Positions 1 to 11,270 of a DNA stretch of 58,467 nucleotides are shown in pieces; position 1 is the first letter of the stretch; the number at the start of each line of letters is the position of its first letter. This stretch comes from Girardia tigrina (lineage: Eukaryota), in assembly GCA_001938485.1 (NCBI GenBank), contig MQRK01216824.1, forward strand, positions 1 to 58,467, in the 5' to 3' direction. Made by a program: the position numbers and the translations under genes. The notes below the pieces were generated by a model. It searched no databases. It saw nothing but the letters and a program-made list of their open reading frames with translations, and was not told the origin of the DNA.

Positions 1-363
1 TTTTATGCAACAGGGTTTATTAGGTCAAAGATTTATTAGTAATATTTCATTAGCTAATAAAATTTATCAACTAATAATTTTATATGCAACAGATTTTTTT
101 TATTTGCTAATTTTATTAGGTAATATTTTTTTATGCAACAGACCCCTGATGTTAGAGATAAAATTTTGGTGTCTGCCTATTATAAATAGCTACCAAAATG
201 GCGACATTTACCGTTCAGCAGTGTCAGGCGAATTGCAATATATCATCTTTTAGAAATGAAAGCTGTATTGAGTTAACAGTAGTGTATTATATTATTATTA
301 TTTGCTGCCTACATTGATTAATTACACAGGTCGACAAGCAAAAATCATCAGAGACCGTTTAGG

Positions 364-1227
364 GTGTCCGAAATGCAGTTTTGTGTACTGATTTTAAAAA
401 TGAAATCCGTTTTTTCCATCAGGTCTATTTCCTTCAAACTACATTTCCTTCACTCACATTTGGATTTCTTCAGTGACAATATAGGTGATATCAGTGAGCA
501 GCATGGTGAACGCTTTCACCAAGACATAAAAGTCATGGAAGAGCGATATCAAGGACGCTGGAATGCTTCAATGATGGGCGATTATGTCTGGAATTTGATG
601 AGAAGTGGTGAATCTCTTTACAACAGACAGTCTCGATCAAATGTGCACTTTTGATTGACTTCATTGTTGTTCTTTCGAGATTGTCTCATTGTGTAGGACT
701 GAATTATAATTCAATACTTTGTATCATTCACTTTGTTTCATTCACTTTGTATCATTAAATTTTGTATCATTCACTTTGTATCATTCATTTTGTATCATTC
801 ACTCTGTATCATTCACTTTGTATCATTCACTTTGTATCATTCACTTTGTATCATTCACTTTTGTATCATTCACTTTGTATCATTCGCTTTGTATCATTCA
901 CTTTGTATCATTCACTACTTTGTNNNNNNNNNNNNNNNNNNNNNNNNNNNNNNNNNNNNNNNNNNNNNNNNNNNNNNNNNNNNNNNNNNNNNNNNNNNNN
1001 NNNNNNNNNNNNNNNNNNNNNNNNNNNNNNNNNNNNNNNNNNNNNNNNNNNNNNNNNNNNNNNNNNNNNNNNNNNNNNNNNNNNAGTTTATCATTTTTGA
1101 TTTTCTGAAAAATGCCGGGACACAGGTGAAAAACGGAGATCAAAATCGTGATCAGCGCATAAAAGTGACCCTATAAACATTGAAAACTTAAGCCGGGCAG
1201 ACAAAAAAAAATTTTTGTTACACAGTG
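364..1227 (+). mobile_element. Chapaev3-like (CMC) DNA transposon 3' remnant
   Basis: C-terminal peptide KLHFLHSHLDFF..GDISEQHGERFHQDI..MEERYQGRW..MMGDYVW; terminus GTTACACAGTG followed by TAA (TWA-type target). Confidence 0.6.
716..923. repeat. 14-bp minisatellite (ACTTTGTATCATTC)n running into an N-gap
   Basis: About 14 visible tandem units. Confidence 0.95.
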
Positions 1228-1404
1228 TAATCATTTTAAATTTTTAATATTTTGGATTAAATATTTTGGTATTAAATTTCGCGGTATTAACTGTCACATA
1301 CTGTAATTATAAGTGCTTGCTGTCACGCGGTATTCAGTGTTTTAGTATTTAAAATTATGTGTATGTCCAATAAATATTGGAAAATGAAGAGGCTAATTTA
1401 TAGT

Positions 1405-1583
1405 TTTGGCCGGGTGGCAAGGTATGGGTTACGGGCCGTAAAATGACAGCATCCCAATGATGTAAAATTCTGCCGATGTCCGATAGCTAAAAATGTAAAG
1501 GCTCCATGTACTGTAGCCCGTAGCCCGTAATTGGAAGCCCATAGCCCGTAAATTGACGCCCGGCCCGTACGGCTCCACCCCAG
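1405..1583. mobile_element. Small GC-richer element with repeated AGCCCGTA motifs, possible hAT-type terminus
   Basis: AGCCCGTA x3 plus inverted TACGGGC; ends CGGCTCCACCCCA. Confidence 0.3.
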
Positions 1584-1739
1584 CTTATCAGGTCTATCAG
1601 TTATGATTGTGAATTTTAATATGATAAATGAGAATAAAATCCTTCATACAATATTAAAACACTTAAGAATCAACAGAAAATAATTACACGGGAAAGAAGC
1701 CTTAAAGCTAAAAACAATTTTCGCAAACCAAAATATTTG

Positions 1740-2260
1740 AAAGAAAATACATTAGACCGGAAAATTTGAATAATAGATGAAACCCCAGGTATATTAAGAT
1801 CATTTAAAATAGTTACTGTTTTATACTGTCCCTGTTTCCTTTATTAATTTTTCAACAGATGATTTAGAATAACCATTATAATGTTACAAGATTTATGAAA
1901 AGTTGAAGATCAGATCGATAAATTAAGCCGTTAATCATGTTTCGTTGATACTTAGGTCCGGTGAAGTATATAAACCTCCTTCAGTTAGCTTTCTATAAAG
2001 TTCAATCTTGTAATTAAGGAATTTTCTTTCAACCGAAAGATCTAGAAAAGATAAAACTTCATTCGTTTCATTTTCTTACCTTTTCATGCTTTCGATAACA
2101 CAATATTTATTTTAGCATTTATGTACAGGTTAATTAAAATATTAATCAAAGACCTGAAGATGACGGTTGATACGTTGAAACATATTGTCTATAAATATGT
2201 TTTGGAATAGAGGATTTTTGTTCTCTTGTGTAATATATCTAATGATATCAATAGTTAGAT
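1740..2260 (-). mobile_element. Penelope-like element remnant (RT C-terminus on minus strand; inverted pLTR fragment on plus strand)
   Basis: Minus-strand NETNEVLSFLDLSVERK; adjacent hammerhead motif. Confidence 0.6.
2150..2190 (+). ncRNA. Minimal type I hammerhead ribozyme motif (PLE type)
   Basis: AGAC-CTGAAGA-TGACG-GTTGATA-CGTT-GAAA-CATA-TT-GTCT; stem I AGAC/GTCT. Confidence 0.65.
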
Positions 2261-2772
2261 TGAGACAAGTACTGTTTGAGAGATAATTTATTATATCGTC
2301 ATCATCAAACAATTGGCCGAATATAACAACTATTCTAAATATGTATATATTATTATATTATATTTTTACAATTTACATTCATTATTTAATTTAAAAGTTA
2401 TATAGATGTGTAGAAATAATAGAAAAAAAATAATAGAAAAAAAAAAATAAAAAATAGAAATTTTTTATTTGCAATTTTCTATTTAAGTAAAAATAATTAA
2501 TTTATTTAAAATAATTCTCATATCGATAATCTTATCGCTCCAAAATTAAACACTCTTGGTTATTTCTAATCTAATCCAAACAATTAATTCATCCTCGCAG
2601 AATTAATTAAGTCCAATAAAGACTGCTGTTCGTCCTTATTAATAGCCAATGACAGCTGAAACACAATAACCCAGAAATAGTGACCTAAACTAATTCAATG
2701 CTGCTTCCCTTCTCTAGAGGGTTCTTCCCCTCTCTAGAAATAGATTGGGGAGGTTTCCTTGATCTAGACTAA

Positions 2773-3930
2773 ATGAGTAAGCGGATTGACGATAGTAGCA
2801 ACTCTGTCTTTCGCCAGTCCAAAGCTATGAAAACTCAAACTAGGGGTCTTGCCGGATCCGAAGTCATTAAGATCCCGAGTGGGGGATCCCTCGTTAAGGA
2901 TTCCACTAGCAGTGGGGTGAAGATTGGAACATGGAACGTAAGAAGCTTAACCGACGAAAAGATACTGAACATAATATGTATCTTTGACAAACTTAAAGTT
3001 GATATATGCATGCCGACCGAGATGCACTGGATTGGAAACGATATTGACTCCATAGGGGAATGGAGAGTCTATCATATTGGTAGTACCAGTGGGCCACGTG
3101 AGAGAGGTGTTGCTCTGATGGTACAATCAGTTTATTCGAAGGGAGTGGAATTTGAAACTGTCAGCGAAAGACTATTCCTGTGCCATATAGCCCAAAGGTC
3201 ACTATCATTGGTAGGGGTATATGACCCAACGGACAGTGGATATTCAAGTAAGGAGAAAGAGGAATTCTTCGTATCGTTACAATAACAAGTGGAGAAGGCG
3301 ACTGTTGAAACTGAGCGAAGAAAATACGAACTGTTAGTTGGAGGCGACTTCAACTGCAGTTTTTATCGGACGGAAGAGAACAAAGGAAGTATCGGGTGGT
3401 ACACTAGTTCAACAGCAACATCGGAGAATGGTGATCATGTTATTGATCTCACAGAGGTATGTAATTTACGAGTAGAGTACGCCTTCTACAAGCACAAACT
3501 GACACAGAGAATTATTTGGACACACCCAGCAACGAAGCAGCGCTTATTACTGGACCTATTTTAACACAAAAGAGCCGCTGCAACAGGATATCAAATGTAA
3601 AGAGTTATCCAAACTTTGACTGTGGATCAGATCACGACTTACTCGAATTAACCTTATGGGTTAAAAATGATGGCAAGAAAAGACTCAAGCTTGCTAAGGA
3701 TCGAAGGAAGAAGTGCAAAAGAAAAGTTGACAGATTCTCTCTGACGAACAACAAAGACTTAATCAGTAAAGAAATCGGACAGGCTTGTCCGAATGTTTAG
3801 AGTTTGGATGACTTAGAAAGAGTAATTGTTTCTAAAGCTAGTAAATACCGAAAGAAGAAAATTACGCTCAATCAAAGGTGGCTTCACAACCACCTAGATG
3901 AACTGAAGACGCTGTTACATGAGAATAATA
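2773..3930 (+). mobile_element. RTE-clade LINE, AP-endonuclease region, pseudogenised and 3'-truncated
   Basis: IGTWNVRSL, GVALMV, VSERL, KEEFF, GGDFN, SENG, CGSDHDLL; stop at 3283-3285 and frameshift near 3560. Confidence 0.88.
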
Positions 3931-5469
3931 TTTTGAAACACTCAGGTACTTCTTTACGATGATGACGTATAGAGCCTAGTAATGTCAGGCTTTTTGATAG
4001 CAATGATACAGCAAGTTGATGGCTTGTAAAATAATTGTCCACAATGACATTTCTACCACTGCCGAAGAATGAACTCATTAACTCCATCACAATATCATGA
4101 GCGAGATTTTTCTGCTGGTTGATGCTATTTCTTCCACCATAAATAATAGCATTTAAAGCCAAGCCAATGTTTGATTCTGCCATCTAAAATATCTTCACGC
4201 CATATTTACGTGGTTTTTTGGGTATGTACGTCCATCCTGGTGTCTTACCTCTAAAACCAACTAATTGTTCATCACACGTTATGTCTTACTCAGGTACAAA
4301 GTATTTTCGCAAAACATTGTTGAATAGTATCCAGATTTCAGAAAAAGCAGCTAATTTGTCTGAAACAATCCGATCATTTCTTGTCAAAGTATTATCAAAC
4401 CGCATTAACTGCAATAAAAACTTGAATCGTTTACATGACATACAAACCTTGAAAAAAGGTCGACCTTTTTTATGATTCCACAACTCATTGAAATCTGTTC
4501 TATTATCTCGATCTTTAACAGCTCGTAATAAAATTCCAATTCCAGCCATCAGTTCACCAAATGTAAAATTAGCCATGTGGAGAGGAGAACAAATGTTAAA
4601 ATGAGTAGAAAATTGGTGACTTAGAATAGCTGCTTTTCTATTAGCGTGCATCAGGATTGTACGTGTGATTTCTTCAGGTCAAAACAGTAGAAAAAATCTA
4701 ATGGAGAGCTCGTATTTACTAAAAATCTTGGACGTTGAGTGGGAATGTTTCTGTTTCTTCTTCGATCTGGAATTAGTTCTCTAGTGTAAATAAACACCCG
4801 CTGTTGAATGAATATCACTATGATACGAAGATGAATTATGATCATCACTACTGCTCTCACTGTCTGATGATGAACATTCACTAAATAAATTTATCTCACC
4901 TTCATCACTGTCGACCTCTATTTCGCCTTGTGGTAATACATGAGCCATTTGGTATTCCTCAATAGCTTAAACAGTGTCATCACAATTGTCATCATTTTGC
5001 TCTTCAAATTCCTCTGTAACTCCCAAAGAAATTTTGCCAAAGAAAAATTTGCCAAAGTCTGCAATGATTAAAACAATTGTATTTTTAATTAATTGTTAAA
5101 TAACAATTAATTTATTATACGATTTCTAAATTCGACAATAATTGTCTTCAATTGTCTAGGGAGAGATGTCATGCTTTAAACACCAACCAATCTCAAACAT
5201 ACTATAAAACTCATTCAACAATCACTCAACATCAATCAAACCTCATTCTAATATCCCTCACAAAAATGTTAACACATGCCCCTTTACGTATACATGTATG
5301 TTTTACTCAATATGAAGGACTCGTGGAGGCTTCATTAAACAAACATACGTTCTTTTGCTTAAAAGTGGCATCATCCTAACACGGCTTTCGATTCAGAGTT
5401 TTCAAAGTACAGTTACAGCACTCTAAACGTTAGTTGTTAACAAAATGTTAAAACCTGCCCCATTGAGGG
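3931..5469 (-). mobile_element. piggyBac transposon remnant (5' end retained)
   Basis: DEQLVGFRG, IPKKPRKYG, GRNVIVDNYFTS, LLGSIR; terminus AGGG|TTAA at 5466-5473. Confidence 0.9.
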
Positions 5470-5559
5470 TTAAATATATTGATAATTATAAAAAATTAAG
5501 CATTTTCAGATCACGACTTGTATATTACTGAGACTACTTTTTATTTAATACACTGCATA

Positions 5560-5900
5560 AACATAAAAAGGCATAAAGCTTTGTTGAATTAAACGGTTAT
5601 TTAATGAAATTTTCTAAAGATTACTTCAAATTGCAATTTCGTTATCAAATTGAACAAAAATACCAAAGGACACGAGAAAAATCAAAATAAAAAACATTTT
5701 AAATGGACAAGAGTTCCAGAAGACATTCATTACCCCAATGATAATTTAATAACTGCCCTTATTGAACGTTATCCTGATTTTTCGAAACCTTTTTTATTAT
5801 TGGGAACGGATGTATGTACGTGTTATGTGCATAAACAGAAACCTCTTATTTAACTATGGAAACTTTTACTATACCATTTGAACTAAAAAATATAATGAGG
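5560..5900 (+). mobile_element. Gypsy RT-connection/RNase H fragment
   Basis: FKWT...YPDFSKPFLLLGTD. Confidence 0.65.
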
Positions 5901-6000
5901 TTTGTAAATATGCTGATTGATCATAATTACTGATTTGTATTTCATAGTATCAGATTATTAGGATTGAGTATTTTATTGATGTAAATTTATCATATAAATA

Positions 6001-6436
6001 TACAAAAATATAAGAAATAATAATAAATAAAAAAGTTTTAAAAACCACGTTTTCATATGGACTAAAAAGAGGAAAATAATTTTTTTCTAGACATGTGAGA
6101 AATTTTATACCTAACCAAAAACGTGGGGCGGANNNNNNNNNNNNNNNNNNNNNNNNNNNNNNNNNNNNNNNNNNNNNNNNNNTAATTTTTTTCTAGACAT
6201 GTGAGAAATTTTATACCTAACCAAAAACGTGGGGCGGATTTCTGAATTACTGCTTTTAGTAACTGCTATTTCCTCTTTACTGCTTTTTAGTAACAATCGA
6301 TTATTTCTATGCCCCACTTTTTGGTTAGGTATAAAATTTCTCACATGTCTAGAAAAAAATATTTTCCTCTTTTTAGTCCATATGAAAACGTGGTTTTTAA
6401 AACTTTTATTTATTATTATTTTCTTATTTTTTAGTA
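6001..6436. mobile_element. MITE/foldback element with about 125-bp terminal inverted repeats, spanning an N-gap
   Basis: 6003-6130 is the near-perfect reverse complement of 6311-6434. Confidence 0.75.
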
Positions 6437-6554
6437 GTATTATTATACTACTTATTATTATAAGTAGTATATCAAGATTTAATTTTATAATTTACAAATT
6501 TTATATTTTAATTTAGTCCATATAAAATTAAAATTAATTAATTTGAATTTATTA

Positions 6555-6739
6555 GAGCATTTTTGAGATGCAGAGATGCTAAAATCTCAAAATGTCAGTC
6601 AGAAGAAGCCTACATAAAAAATTTCAGAACGATCGTATGAGTGGAAGTGGTCTAAAAAAGCGTGTGAAAAGTGAAACATCACAAACAAACAGAAAGACAG
6701 AAAGAACCCAAAGCAAGTTAAGTAAAATGTGGTAAAAAA
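6555..6739 (+). mobile_element. Possible non-autonomous Helentron/DINE-1-like fragment
   Basis: AAATTTCAGAACGATCG, short ACAA/ACAG microsatellite and GCAAGTTAAGTAAAATGTGGTAA tail; pattern resemblance only. Confidence 0.35.
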
Positions 6740-7399
6740 CAGATAACTTTAAACTTGTATCTTATCTCATTGTAGAAATACCTGCTACATGTTTACGTGA
6801 ATCAAACACAATTAAAAATGTTATTTATTAATATAATCGTAAGTGTTTTAGGATTTTGAATCTCACAAAAAATTATGTTATGTATTTTATTTGTTCTTAT
6901 CTATAATTATGTAAATATGTATACATTGCACCCATTCAATCAATTTTAGATGTTTTAGCATCCCAAGCGTCAAAGATTTTGTTTGCCAAAATAAGAAATT
7001 AAAATTAATTTTTCCTTCAAATTGTTTCTTATAATCAACCACCCTTCCGATAGTTATGAACGTTTTTCATTTCGAAATGACCCACTCTGGCATGATAATA
7101 TCATTTATCTCTGCGATTAATAGACGAGCTAATACACAAAGTGCCACTTATTTCAAAACTTCGTGGTATTGAGAATCATAAGAAATGCTTATCAAAAAAA
7201 TCTAGGAACATGTTACTTTCCCCACTTCCTTACATCTATTGTTGAATCAGACGCCTGTTGAGCCCAATTATTTTTTATATCAATTAGTTATTTTCTCTTC
7301 TCGTACGTCAGATTTCGTACGCCACTGTTTGGAGATTTGGTTTATTCGGTGTGGGTAAAATTGAACTTCGTTCTTGAGGTTAGACGGTCTACTAATAAA

Positions 7400-10330
7400 T
7401 CTATTCAAATTTATATGATGGAAGTAGTCGAGCAAATGAGTTTATGGATCTATAAAAAAAGCTACAAAATATAGTTGAGCGAGATCGATTTTCAGTTCAA
7501 TGATCTTGATAAGGAAATTAAAACATGTTTAGAAAAAGCTAAAATTATGAAAAATCACAAGGATTCTATTGAGTATATTCTAAATGATTTAGAAGACTAT
7601 AAAAAAGAAAATTTTTAATCATAAAAATTTAATAAATGATAATATTCAGTTAAAAAACAGATGATGTAAATAACAATATTAATGATCAACGAGCTAAATT
7701 TAAAAAAAGTTTAAAGACACATTTAATGATATTTGTGACAAGATTGATAAAAAATTTAAATTGAAATTTTATAATTAACTTACTTAAATTAGTATTTTTT
7801 AAATTACTTTTTTTGTTAGTGTTTAAATGTTTCAGTGTGATAAGTTGTTGCAAAGAATAAAAAATTAAAATTGATATTTTTTGAAATACAATCAAGAAAT
7901 TTATTCACGATTTCTGCATTTGTCTTCAAAGTTAATTTTTGAAATTGCTTTCTTCGACTGACATAAACAAAGAATTTCACCACATTCAATCAAATTAATC
8001 TATCATTTGCCTTCGATATGCTGCTTAAAGGTGATTCTAAAGTTTTATGGCAGGATTATTGTGGTCACAATAAAGATCTGTCAAACAAGGCATTTACAAA
8101 GTAGTTTTACCAGATTTTTTTCAAAACCAAGGAGCATAATTGATAAAGTAAAAGATCTTTGTGATTCAGTTCAAAGACCAGATGAACGATTCCAGTGTTT
8201 CAAACTTCGAGTGTAAAAATTTGTTCACTAAGTATTTGAGAGTCAGGTATCAAAAGAAGAAATTATTTTCGCTTTGAACGTTCAAGGGTTACAAATTATT
8301 AAATTGAAAGACTATTATCTTGGAGCCGAAGAAGCCAAATCAAAGACGTCGAGAATTTATAACAGCTTTGGAAATTTTAATACCAAACCAACCGGTTGCC
8401 GTAATAAAACAGCAACGTTCAGCAAATACATCAGAAGTAAAAAAAACATTGAAAAAAGGTCCCAGACAAATATTGAATCGCAGTTATGAAAATCCTAATG
8501 TTCCTATGTCAAACGAGATATGCGGAATGGAACACTAAAAGGTTAATATGAAAAGTCAAATGACGAAGGGAAATTTCCTACTGAATCGATGAATACAAAA
8601 GCTAAGCGATTTTGTTACAAATTGTGGGGTAAACCGCCAATTGAATTTTAACTCCTCAAACAAGAACAATGTTTTTGCTGTGGAGTAACTGGACATCGAA
8701 GAAAATATTGTCCATTGAACGGCTGCTGCTTAATTTGCCGTAAAGAAGATCACATATTCCGTGACTGACCATCAGTAAATGAACACAGGCAAACATCCAA
8801 ACCAGTGTTATGTATCCAAGAGGAAGAATCTAATTTAAAAAAACTTTGAAGACGGTGAGTTTCATTTGAAATGGAATATTATGAAAATGTCAAATGAATC
8901 ATAAACTTCAATGCAGTCATCTGTGCCTATCTCCTCGGTCGGGATGTGTCAGTAAAGGATACAAACTCTAGAGATAGATATAAGAAGATGGAATAGGAGA
9001 TATATCAGAATTTAGATGGAACATCGTTGAGTATGGTGAGATGTAAAAAGGTTGAATTAGAAATGTTGTGGGATTCTGGGGCATCAGAGTCAATAATGTA
9101 TGTTGCGTGTTTGAAGAAGATTGGATCTCCAAAACTGTTGTCTGCGAATGTAAGATTAATGAGTGTTTTTTTCACATACAGATGAAACGTGTATTGGAAA
9201 ATATTAGGTGAAGATAACAAAAAACTAAAAATATGCATTGAGCGAGATTTATGTTGTCAAAAGTCTCGTACCAGATTTTTTTGGAAGAATCAATACGATG
9301 CAGAAATTTGGAAAGGACTGAAATAAGTTTTTGTTATTGAAACAGAAAATAAAATAGAACAAATTGATTAGAAGAAGTCTATCAATAAAGTCCTAGAATA
9401 TTTTTCAAATTCCAAGAATTTTAGTCGAATGATCCAAAAGTGTAGTATGATTTTATGACATTATCATTTGATTTAGCTCTTGCAAAGATTTTGAAGCATC
9501 ATATAAAGATGCTAGGAACACCAATTGCAGTAAATCAAAGACGACTTCTGATACATTTAGAGAAAGGCTTTGAAGAGCTAAAAGGTCATGCAAAGATTTT
9601 GAAGCATCATATAAAGATGCTAGGAACACCAATTGCAGTAAATCAAAGACGACTTCTGATAAATTTAGAGAAAGGCTTTGAAGAGCTAAAAGGAAAATTG
9701 TTAGAAAAAAATATCCTTAAACCGTGCCAGAGTCCTTGGAAGTCTCACCGGTGGTTATTCCAAAAAAGACGGAAAAATTCGAATGAGCTTAGACGTTCGA
9801 GGAATAAACTACATTACTGAGAAATCTACGTTTCCAGTTCCGGATATTTATGGATTATTAAATCCATTCGGTGGTTTTGTTGTGTCCTCTTCCATTGAAT
9901 TTGGGAAGGCTTATTACGAGATGGATCTAACAGAGGAATCCAAGTTGAAGACAACATTCAGCACAAAATGGGTAAGATTGCTTCAACAGACTACCCTTTA
10001 CATTATGTATAGGTCCTGCAACGTTCCAAGAAATAATGCATGAAAATTTTCGCGAAATGGTTTATAAATGTGTATTAGTATAATTGAATGATATACTAGT
10101 CTATGGAACATAAGAACTAGAACACGACAGCAGACTTGAATAAGTTTTAAGACGGTTATCGGTTGCAAATCTAAAATTAAATCCAAAAAAGTGTAAGATA
10201 AAAGTAACAGAAATTCAATTCCTAGGGCACGTCTTAAGCAAACGAGGCATTGAGACAAACGAGGAAAAGATTAAATAAATTATTCAGGCACCAATGTCGG
10301 GGTGTGTAAATCAATTACCATCTAACTTAG
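7400..10330 (+). mobile_element. Degenerate Gypsy LTR retrotransposon (gag-protease-RT)
   Basis: Two Zn knuckles CFCCGVTGHRRKYC and CLICRKEDHIFRD* at about 8670-8770; MLWDSGAS protease; RT PCQSPW, FPVPDI, KLKTTFST, IQFLGH; many stops. Confidence 0.85.
9481..9693 (+). repeat. Near-perfect tandem duplication, period 108 bp, inside Gypsy pol
   Basis: Copies start at 9481 and 9589; one mismatch. Confidence 0.95.
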
Positions 10331-11231
10331 AGATTTAAAAAAAAACATTAAAAAAACATTCAATCAAAAACACAAAACTTCAACATTCAAATATTCCTCA
10401 TAATCAGCAAAAGTGGAATTATAAAGTGTGAATCGATTATTCAGTTGAACAGATTTTTAGTGATTTCAATTTGAGGTTATTTGACCAAAAGCCCTTAAAA
10501 TAATTTTAGTAAATTTTATTTATCAAAATAAAAGTCCGTATCATGAAATATAGTGAAAGGGTGTATTTTTCTGTAAATTCGATTTTTAATAATTGTAAAT
10601 TTAATTTTATTAAATTTTTTAATAAGAGATTTATTTTTGATTTGTTATTTGAATACAATCGTAAAATATATTTTTATACAAATATTCTAACATTATTGTA
10701 TAAACTCCTTTAGTAATCATACTGGTTCATCTTCCTTAATTATTCAGAGATTTCCCTTATTTTTCTATACTGATGGATTTACATATGGAAAAATCAAAAA
10801 AGTTTAATCCCCTACTGTTAGTACCAGACAAAACGTTTTATTTCTAATTCTGCATCTGAATTTTAATTTAAAACACGAAAAAAATTTAAATTAACAAGAA
10901 TTTATATTTATTTTTACTTTATGAATTTATAATATTTATTGTTAACCGAACATTTTATAACTGAATTATTCTTTTATAATCTAAGAAGTTTTATTTGTTC
11001 ATTTAACTTCTGAAAATTTCCCTTAGTATTACGATTTAATAACCATATTTATATTCAATTTATTTTCTAAAAACAAATCCATATAATGTTGTCAATTATT
11101 GATTGAAAAATTAATGATTTGGTTAAAATTAAAATCAATTTGCATTTGTTTAACTGCATCAAATTCGTACAGTAACTGAGGAGACTTTTAGACCTATTTT
11201 TCAATTCAATTCGATTTTTTCTAATTCAATT

Positions 11232-11270
11232 ATGATTAAAAATAAATCAAGTTTAAATTATAATTTTGAG
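11232..11270 (+). CDS. AGBL2: CCP2-like exon 1 ([13 protein letters not shown]), putative start
   Basis: ATG, 13 open codons, strong GAG|GTAAAT donor in phase 0 with exon 2; no sequence-similarity support. Confidence 0.6.

Noticed and set aside
716-923. CRISPR-like array
   Set aside because: Head-to-tail 14-bp units with no unique spacers; eukaryotic context; no cas genes
719-1176. Long ORFs in several frames, also 36929-37460
   Set aside because: Artefacts of minisatellite or (TA)n repeats plus N-gaps
2581-2770. HDV-like ribozyme in the RTE 5' region (TCCTCGC loop at about 2592)
   Set aside because: Only a simple hairpin; P1/P1.1/P2/P4 pseudoknot pairings could not be built
6077-6238. 56-bp direct repeat
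   Set aside because: Identical sequence on both sides of a 50-N gap; most likely an unmerged contig overlap
10773-10848. Alternative first exon (MDLHMEKSKK...)
   Set aside because: No good phase-0 donor; 11232-11270 fits better
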